Source: Gammaproteobacteria bacterium (GTDB lineage: Bacteria; Pseudomonadota; Gammaproteobacteria; JACCXJ01). Taken from it: a stretch of 64,000 nucleotides of DNA. The notes under the pieces were generated by a model. It was not told the origin of the DNA. It saw only the letters and a program-made list of their open reading frames with translations, and did no database searches. The DNA is taken from contig JBOIDF010000002.1 in assembly GCA_050740455.1 (NCBI GenBank), forward strand, positions 35,642-99,641, in the 5' to 3' direction. How positions within the stretch are numbered: the first letter of the stretch is position 1; each line of letters opens with the position of its first letter. Position numbers and translations under genes: made by a program. Of the stretch, positions 58,243-64,000 are shown piece by piece.

Positions 58243-61137
58243 TCAGTGTTTAACGGCGATCCCCCGTAGCTCATCGATGAGCCGCCGGTCATGTTCCACG
58301 GTCTGTTCGAGCGCCGCCGCGGCTCTCTGGTTGACGCGCATGATTCGGGCATCGCGGAGCGCCGCCAGCGCCTGCTGTTCCGGCGAATTTCCAATGGCCT
58401 CCTGGTCCTGGCGCCATTCTTCGACCTCCAACTCGACCTGCTCCCGCAGGCGCTGTTCCGCAGCCTGTTGACGTTCCAGATCCGCTGCATTCACCTCTAT
58501 AGCGGTCGCAGCAATATCCTCGGCCTTGGCGGCGGCACTGGCCTGCGCGTCGGCCTGGGTGACGCGTTCCTCCAGGTTTCTGATTTTACCATCAATGACC
58601 TGCTGCGCATCTTTCGAGTCGGCCGTCGATGCGTCTTGCCGCATCGTTCTCAGCCGCGCGACCTCTTGTTCGGCCGCCGATCGCGCCGCATCAGCCTCGG
58701 CTTTTAAGCTTCGCGCTTGTTCCAGAACGCCTTGAATCCGCAGAGCTTCGGCTTCCAAGCGTTGCCGTTCAGCTTGTAACTTGGCCTGTTCCTCGTGGTG
58801 CATGCGCTCAAAGTTGGCGCGGATCTCCGCAATCTTTCGTTGCGCGTCCTCCGCGACCGCGCGGCGCGTCTCCTCGGTCGCTTCCCGCGCCCGCTGCGCT
58901 TGGCGCAACTCCTCGGCGGCTTTAGCAAATTCGGCGTCGAGGCGCTGCTGCTCCGCGTTGAGCTGCTGCTTGACCTCTTCGCGGAGACCCTGTTCTAAGT
59001 TCATCAGATGCTGATGCTTCTCCTCGATCTCCTGGGCCGCTTGCATGCGCGATTCGGCCAGCGCCTGCTCCATGCGCTGGGCTTCGGCGAGCCGCTCTTT
59101 CGCCTCCATCGCTTCCCGCCCCAGCGTCTGCCTCTCCTCATTTAGCTTTCTCGCGACTTCCTCTTTGAGTTTGCGGATGCGCGCCAGCTCCGCGGATTTG
59201 GCCGCATGGATCGTGTCCAGTCTTTGCTCTTTATCGCGCAGCCTCTCCTCAACCTCGCGTTTGAGCACATTGATCCGTTCCTCTTCTTGCAACCGCACCC
59301 GCTGCGCTTCCGCCTCGGCCACACCCTTTGCCGCTTCGACCTCCCGTTTCATCGTCTCGGCGTTAGCAAGCAAGGTATTGGCGCGCTCCATTTCGGCGGC
59401 AACCCGTTCCCTTGCCGCTTGCAAGATGCCTTGGTTGCCCTGCTCGGCAGTGCTTAATGCGGTCTCCACCTCTTCCCTGTACCGGCGCGCTTCTTGTACA
59501 CGCGCCTCGACCTCCGCGGCTTCCCCCGCCAAACGCTGCCGCTCGGATCGAATCTGCACCTCGGCTTCTTCCTGTAGGCGTTGGATGCGTGCCAGCTCCT
59601 CGTTGTTGGCGGCGGCTGCCGACGCCAGCTCCCGCTTTTTGGCACGCACCCGCACCTGTATCTCGGCTTTCAGACGGCGGGCATGTTCCTCGGCCCCGCG
59701 TCGAATGCTCTGCGCTTCAGACTCGGCCTTGCGCTTGGCCTCTTCAATCTCTTGACGCGTCGTCTGCGCCTCGGCGACCAGCGCGTTGGCCCGCGCCGCT
59801 TCGCCCAAGAGGCGCCAGCTTCGTTCGGCCTTCAGCCGTTCCTCGGTTTCCCGCTCGGCAGCCTCCCGCGCGGCCTCCGCCTCTTGCTTCAGGCGCAGGG
59901 CATCTTGCAGCTCGAGCTGGGCCTGCGAAAGTTTCGCCCGTAGCAAAGAGGCTTGTATTTCCGCGTCGTCAGTGAGATCGAGATCCGCACTCACACCGAT
60001 TGCGGCCGCCGTATCATCGCGGCTCGCCGCCGCATCAGCGATCTTCAGCCCAGTGTCCCTGGGAAGTATGGAGCGGATCCGATCGAGTGGATACCGCTGG
60101 AGTCCTCCCTCGAGATAAGCGGCCTCAAAACCGAGCTCTGCTAAAGAAAAGGTGACAATGGAACTCTCGATACCGGTACCGCAATAAATCAGGTAACGTT
60201 TATCCCGGTCGAGTGAGGCCGCATAGGAACGGACAACGTGCAAGGGGACATTCATGCTGCCGGGCACAGCCCCTAAGGCATGCTCGTCCGGATAACGGGC
60301 ATCCAGCCATACGGCCCCGCTCGACACCCAGTCACGGGCCGCATCGAGCGTGATGGTCGGCACTATCGGCTTCTTAATAAGTTCGATAAAGTCGGGCTTG
60401 CCGAGCCGCATCAACTTGCCGTCGGTGAGGGCTTTGACGCTGGCGTTACGAAGCCCCCCAGAAATCAGGGCTTCCTCACCGAAGGGTTCGCCCGGTTTGA
60501 GGGTTGCCAGCCTGACGCTCTGTTGGCTACCGGATAAATGCCGAAGTACCTCAAAACGCCCCTCCTGAACCACGTAGTAATAGTCTCCGGGGTGTCCCTG
60601 GCTCACGACCAAGTCGCCCGCGGCAACGTCGATGGACTCGAACTGGGCGAAAATCCGCTGTAAATTCGCTACCGGCAAGCGCGAAAACACGCCTGATTGC
60701 AGCATTCGGGTCATCCAATCCATGGCGATTTCGCAGGTTATATCGTTGACCTGCACGGAATCATCTCCTGCCTGGCGCGCCTCATCCAAATCTAGCGCAG
60801 ACGCGAGGTGCTGCCGCTCCAGGCGTAAAATGCGTACCGCCGTCCTCGGAATCGCGGTGAGCTGCCGCGGTTGCAACTGCGCGAGCGCATGCGCGGCCTC
60901 GGGAGTGCCGCCACGGAGGCGGCTTACCACCTGCCCGTCACAGCAAAGATCGAGATCGCCTTCAAGCAAATAGCAGGCATGGCTATCCCGATCGCCCTCG
61001 CGGAAGACAGGACATCCCGGTTCGTAGGGGATAATCTCGGTATGCTCCAAAAGCGCCCGTTGCGCCTCCGGCGTCAGGCGGTTGAGTGGAATAAAGGTCT
61101 GGAGAACGGAGTCGAAGACGAGTGTATCCTTATCCAT
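58243..61137 (-). CDS. Large multidomain protein: two cNMP-binding domains, a rhodanese-like domain and about 570 aa of repetitive coiled coil
   Basis: 964 aa. cNMP domains (GDRDSHACYLLEGDL...; GHPGDYYYVVQEGRFEV...GEPFGEEALISGGLRNASVKAL). Rhodanese fold (ARYPDEHALGAVPGSMNVP...YLIYCGTGIESS). Then E/A/R/Q-rich heptad sequence with about 70-aa internal repeats. Confidence 0.7.
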   Translation of the reverse strand: MDKDTLVFDSVLQTFIPLNRLTPEAQRALLEHTEIIPYEPGCPVFREGDRDSHACYLLEGDLDLCCDGQVVSRLRGGTPEAAHALAQLQPRQLTAIPRTAVRILRLERQHLASALDLDEARQAGDDSVQVNDITCEIAMDWMTRMLQSGVFSRLPVANLQRIFAQFESIDVAAGDLVVSQGHPGDYYYVVQEGRFEVLRHLSGSQQSVRLATLKPGEPFGEEALISGGLRNASVKALTDGKLMRLGKPDFIELIKKPIVPTITLDAARDWVSSGAVWLDARYPDEHALGAVPGSMNVPLHVVRSYAASLDRDKRYLIYCGTGIESSIVTFSLAELGFEAAYLEGGLQRYPLDRIRSILPRDTGLKIADAAASRDDTAAAIGVSADLDLTDDAEIQASLLRAKLSQAQLELQDALRLKQEAEAAREAAERETEERLKAERSWRLLGEAARANALVAEAQTTRQEIEEAKRKAESEAQSIRRGAEEHARRLKAEIQVRVRAKKRELASAAAANNEELARIQRLQEEAEVQIRSERQRLAGEAAEVEARVQEARRYREEVETALSTAEQGNQGILQAARERVAAEMERANTLLANAETMKREVEAAKGVAEAEAQRVRLQEEERINVLKREVEERLRDKEQRLDTIHAAKSAELARIRKLKEEVARKLNEERQTLGREAMEAKERLAEAQRMEQALAESRMQAAQEIEEKHQHLMNLEQGLREEVKQQLNAEQQRLDAEFAKAAEELRQAQRAREATEETRRAVAEDAQRKIAEIRANFERMHHEEQAKLQAERQRLEAEALRIQGVLEQARSLKAEADAARSAAEQEVARLRTMRQDASTADSKDAQQVIDGKIRNLEERVTQADAQASAAAKAEDIAATAIEVNAADLERQQAAEQRLREQVELEVEEWRQDQEAIGNSPEQQALAALRDARIMRVNQRAAAALEQTVEHDRRLIDELRGIAVKH

Positions 61138-61282
61138 TGTTGTTTCCCTAGGCTCTTGATCGCGGCGCGGATGGCCGTAATACCCGGCAACTATCGGCAG
61201 AAATGGTGCCCGCCGTAGGTCTAAGCCCGGCGACGGCTCAGACTTTTGGAGATTGTCGCAGGGCTTGGGCAGCGATCCGCGA

Positions 61283-63982
61283 TTAAACGCCGCCGTCTAC
61301 CAGTTGCAAGCCCACGGGCAATTCCTCGCCGAATAGGTAATTCCGCTCCTCGCTTGAGATCGCGTGATGCTCTCGGACGATTTGCCACTGAAGCTCTTTC
61401 GCCCCTTCCCGCTTTAACTTCTCAATAACTTCCTCGCGTATGTGGTCGTGGATGTCCAATGCACGGGCGCCGGTCACACGGCAAGCACTAGAGAGCACAG
61501 CCACGAGCGGCAGCAATCCTTGGCGCTTCCAACCGAGCGCCCTTACCTTTACGAAGTATTCCTCCACCACCGCCGCGGGGATCACGGTATCGGCCGAGGT
61601 GTAGAGCGGCACACGGCTAAGTAACCGTGCGAGCGCCCAGAAAAGATGAGGTTGATTCCTACCCTTGCCCTTGAGTAGGAGATCGAATAAATACCTGACA
61701 AGCTCGGTCTTCGCGCTGACCGGTAGGCGTTCCAGGGAGCCCAGCAAGCGCGTACCTTCGGAAAATTCCTGTGGTCCACGTTTAAGCAGCGGCAGAGCCG
61801 TAGTGTAAAGACTCATTTGCTGTTCCGCGGAAAGCCCCCCGGCCACGCGCCGCCACATCATCCACCAGTTGGACTGTGCGCTCTTCTCCTTTTTGTGGCT
61901 GAGGCCAAGATTGAAGCAGCCCCAGATCTGTGACATGCGCCAGGCGTCAAGCTCGCTCCCGAAACCGGGGCGGAGAGTAAACCCGGCAAGGTAAAGCCAG
62001 GTGTTCTCGTGTGCGAGCGATCGGCCGCGACGGGTCATCCCGGGATAGAGCGCCTGCCACAGGGAACGTAACAGGAAAAGATTCCACTGCGCACGCTCCT
62101 GGCTGAAGATGCGCTCGAGGTCCTTCACCACTCCCTTGACATCCTCCTTCTCGGCAAGATCCTGTTTCTTACCGTAAAATCGCTCGATTCTATCGATTCC
62201 ATGCGCAAGCGCCTCGGGCGCCGCGCCCGCATCACCCGGGAGGGTCTCGCGCGGACTTTCGGCGCCCGCCGACCGCAGGTTGAACTCCAGCCGCCAACGC
62301 TTCGAGCGGTCGCGATTGACGAGTGCGAGCTGCAAGACTCCTAATGCGTTCAGCTCCACATCGACGGTAACAGCGACGCTAAGCTCGCGAGCCGTGCGCG
62401 GATCGAAGTCCCGATCCGCGAGCGTCAGGGTGGTGTAGAGCGGGGGGAGCGGGGAAAAATCGCCGTCCGTCAAAGGCACAATCGTGCCGGGGCGATCGTC
62501 GCTCCGGTGGATCGAGGTGTAGGCGGTGAAGCGTACCGGTTTGTTTAGCAAAAGTTTGAAGCTATGCGATCCGAGATCGATCCGCCCGCCTTCTTGGAAC
62601 CCTTGCGGTAATACACAAATTAGCTTGGGGACGGCACCCCTCTCGCCGCGTTGCAGCTCCAAATAGACGCTGCGCGCATAACCGGCCCGGATGCGCCGCC
62701 GTGACCGCGCCGCCAGCGCGCCGAAATACGCGGCGCCTCGGGCGATGGCGGAGCTCATGTCAGCGAGCGTAAGCCCCACGGGACGTTGCTCTTGCCACGT
62801 GGCGATAATCGACAGCATGCGCTCCTGAAGAAAACGCGGCGACAAGGTGCCGCCCGCGAACAGGACCGCCTGGACCTCGGCGCCGTTAAGGAAGCCCGCA
62901 AGGTGCCGGCTCACCGCTGAATCGGCCGCGTAAGGCAGCCCGATTTCACGCAAACCGATCTGCCGCGACCGTGGCCGATCCTCACGCCCGGTGTAAGGGA
63001 AAAACCCGTCCAGAATCAGCTCATGCAGTTGCACTCGTGAGAGCGTTGCGCTCAACGCCGACGCAAACAGACTCGAACCCTCCCCTGGTACCGAAACATG
63101 ATACACCGCCTCCACCGGACCCTCGGTTTCAAGCATACGCTCCTTGAGCGCCGCGGCTTGCGGGACCAAATGCTGCCACTGGCGGCGGGATAAACGCGCC
63201 GTGGGATGATCCCCTAACACGCGCCGCTCCAGCGCGTGGGCGATGGCGAGATCGATGTTGTCGCCGCCCAAGAGAAGGTGATCGTTCACCGCTATCCGCT
63301 CGATCTCCAAAAAATCCGCAGGCGCGCGCGCCAGCCGAAACAGGCTCAAGTCGGTGGTGCCGCCCCCGATGTCGCAGACAAGCACGGTCTGATCGCGCTC
63401 GGCGAGATCCGGTAGCATCTCTATAAAAGGCGCCGCCATGGTCGCGGAGCGCGAGCGTGCTTGCGCTTCGGTCCAGGAATAAAACGCCGCTTGCGGTTCC
63501 TCGAGTAGCCTGACTTCCTCCGGATACCCGGCCAGGCGCGCGGCCTGGCGCGTCAACGCCTGTGCCCCTTCATCGAAAGAAGCCGGTACCGTGATGGTGA
63601 TACGCTGCCTGTTAAAGGCGCCGTCTCCATCGGCGAACGCCATGTCCCACGCCATTTTCAGATATGCGAGGTAGGATGCGCTCGCCTCCACCGGTGACAT
63701 TTTTTCGTGCTCCGGGACTTCCTCGGAGGCAAACGGCAGGATCTTAGCCTCGCGGTCGATACCACGGTGCGCGAGCCAGGATTTCGCCGAATGAATCACC
63801 CGCCCCGGCGCCGCGCTCATCTGCGCGTGCGCGTAGGCGCCCACGATGGCACCGGATCCTGCTTGCTCCGAAGCATCCGGGCCGGCGGATCCGATTTCTT
63901 GATCGGTCACGAAGTAATAGAACGAGGGCAACAGCAAACCGCGCCCGACCGTAGTCAGGGATTGGCGTTGCGGGATCGGCAA
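61283..63982 (-). CDS. Atypical Hsp70-family (actin-fold ATPase) protein with about 500-aa non-canonical C-terminal domain; 5' end probably beyond window
   Basis: At least 899 aa. Hsp70 NBD motifs (ITVPASFDEGAQALTRQAARLAGY, LLEEPQAAFYSW, VLVCDIGGGTTDLSLF, FAGGTLSP). The C-terminal half is not an Hsp70 substrate-binding domain. The ORF reaches the window edge. Confidence 0.7.
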   Translation of the reverse strand: MPIPQRQSLTTVGRGLLLPSFYYFVTDQEIGSAGPDASEQAGSGAIVGAYAHAQMSAAPGRVIHSAKSWLAHRGIDREAKILPFASEEVPEHEKMSPVEASASYLAYLKMAWDMAFADGDGAFNRQRITITVPASFDEGAQALTRQAARLAGYPEEVRLLEEPQAAFYSWTEAQARSRSATMAAPFIEMLPDLAERDQTVLVCDIGGGTTDLSLFRLARAPADFLEIERIAVNDHLLLGGDNIDLAIAHALERRVLGDHPTARLSRRQWQHLVPQAAALKERMLETEGPVEAVYHVSVPGEGSSLFASALSATLSRVQLHELILDGFFPYTGREDRPRSRQIGLREIGLPYAADSAVSRHLAGFLNGAEVQAVLFAGGTLSPRFLQERMLSIIATWQEQRPVGLTLADMSSAIARGAAYFGALAARSRRRIRAGYARSVYLELQRGERGAVPKLICVLPQGFQEGGRIDLGSHSFKLLLNKPVRFTAYTSIHRSDDRPGTIVPLTDGDFSPLPPLYTTLTLADRDFDPRTARELSVAVTVDVELNALGVLQLALVNRDRSKRWRLEFNLRSAGAESPRETLPGDAGAAPEALAHGIDRIERFYGKKQDLAEKEDVKGVVKDLERIFSQERAQWNLFLLRSLWQALYPGMTRRGRSLAHENTWLYLAGFTLRPGFGSELDAWRMSQIWGCFNLGLSHKKEKSAQSNWWMMWRRVAGGLSAEQQMSLYTTALPLLKRGPQEFSEGTRLLGSLERLPVSAKTELVRYLFDLLLKGKGRNQPHLFWALARLLSRVPLYTSADTVIPAAVVEEYFVKVRALGWKRQGLLPLVAVLSSACRVTGARALDIHDHIREEVIEKLKREGAKELQWQIVREHHAISSEERNYLFGEELPVGLQLVDGGV

Positions 63983-64000
63983 TACCTGGGGAGGTGAGTT

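Noticed and set aside
59045-60118. Plus-strand ORFs (236, 187, 120, 110 aa) opposite the coiled-coil gene
   Set aside because: Ser/Ala/Arg-rich translations generated by the reverse complement of a repetitive GAG/GCG-rich coiled-coil coding region.

Overview
High-GC (about 65-67%) gammaproteobacterial chromosomal segment with Pseudomonas-like gene order and almost entirely core functions. No rRNA, tRNA, CRISPR array or transposase gene was recognised.

Main content, 5' to 3':
- cfa-like methyltransferase, secreted cupin, acs, an MtaD-like deaminase and a heme-oxygenase-like redox enzyme.
- A complete homogentisate-pathway tyrosine catabolism operon (hppD-hmgA-fahA-maiA), divergent from an orphan 2-oxoacid dehydrogenase E1 alpha/beta pair.
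- argD-argF, then the classical surE-pcm-nlpD-rpoS block.
- A methyltransferase, TPR protein, desaturase and hflD.
- An H4MPT-linked C1 module (fhcB-fhcA-fhcD-fhcC) directly fused to an NAD-dependent formate dehydrogenase (fdhB-fdhA), followed by a Uma2 nuclease.
- The fimS/algZ-algR two-component pair divergent from a type IV pilus minor-pilin operon (fimU-pilV-pilW-pilX-pilY1-pilE).
- Immediately after pilE, a roughly 4 kb low-coherence mosaic islet: a cNMP-domain remnant, three copies or fragments of a glutaminyl-cyclase gene, a MazEF/ChpSB-type toxin-antitoxin pair, a truncated nucleotidyltransferase, a DUF1640 gene, and a MITE-like palindromic insertion.
- An Nramp-like transporter, GST, rnt, pyrC, a gamma-carbonic-anhydrase remnant, a Sel1-repeat Ser/Thr kinase, an M14 carboxypeptidase, fadD, DedA and a pentapeptide-repeat protein.
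- A conspicuous two-gene module: an atypical 899-aa Hsp70-like protein followed by a 964-aa protein with two cNMP-binding domains, a rhodanese-like domain and a long coiled coil.

Other points:
- A roughly 130-bp GC-rich triple-hairpin element occurs twice, at 34.2 kb and 57.2 kb.
- Many long antisense ORFs in the track are GC-driven artefacts.
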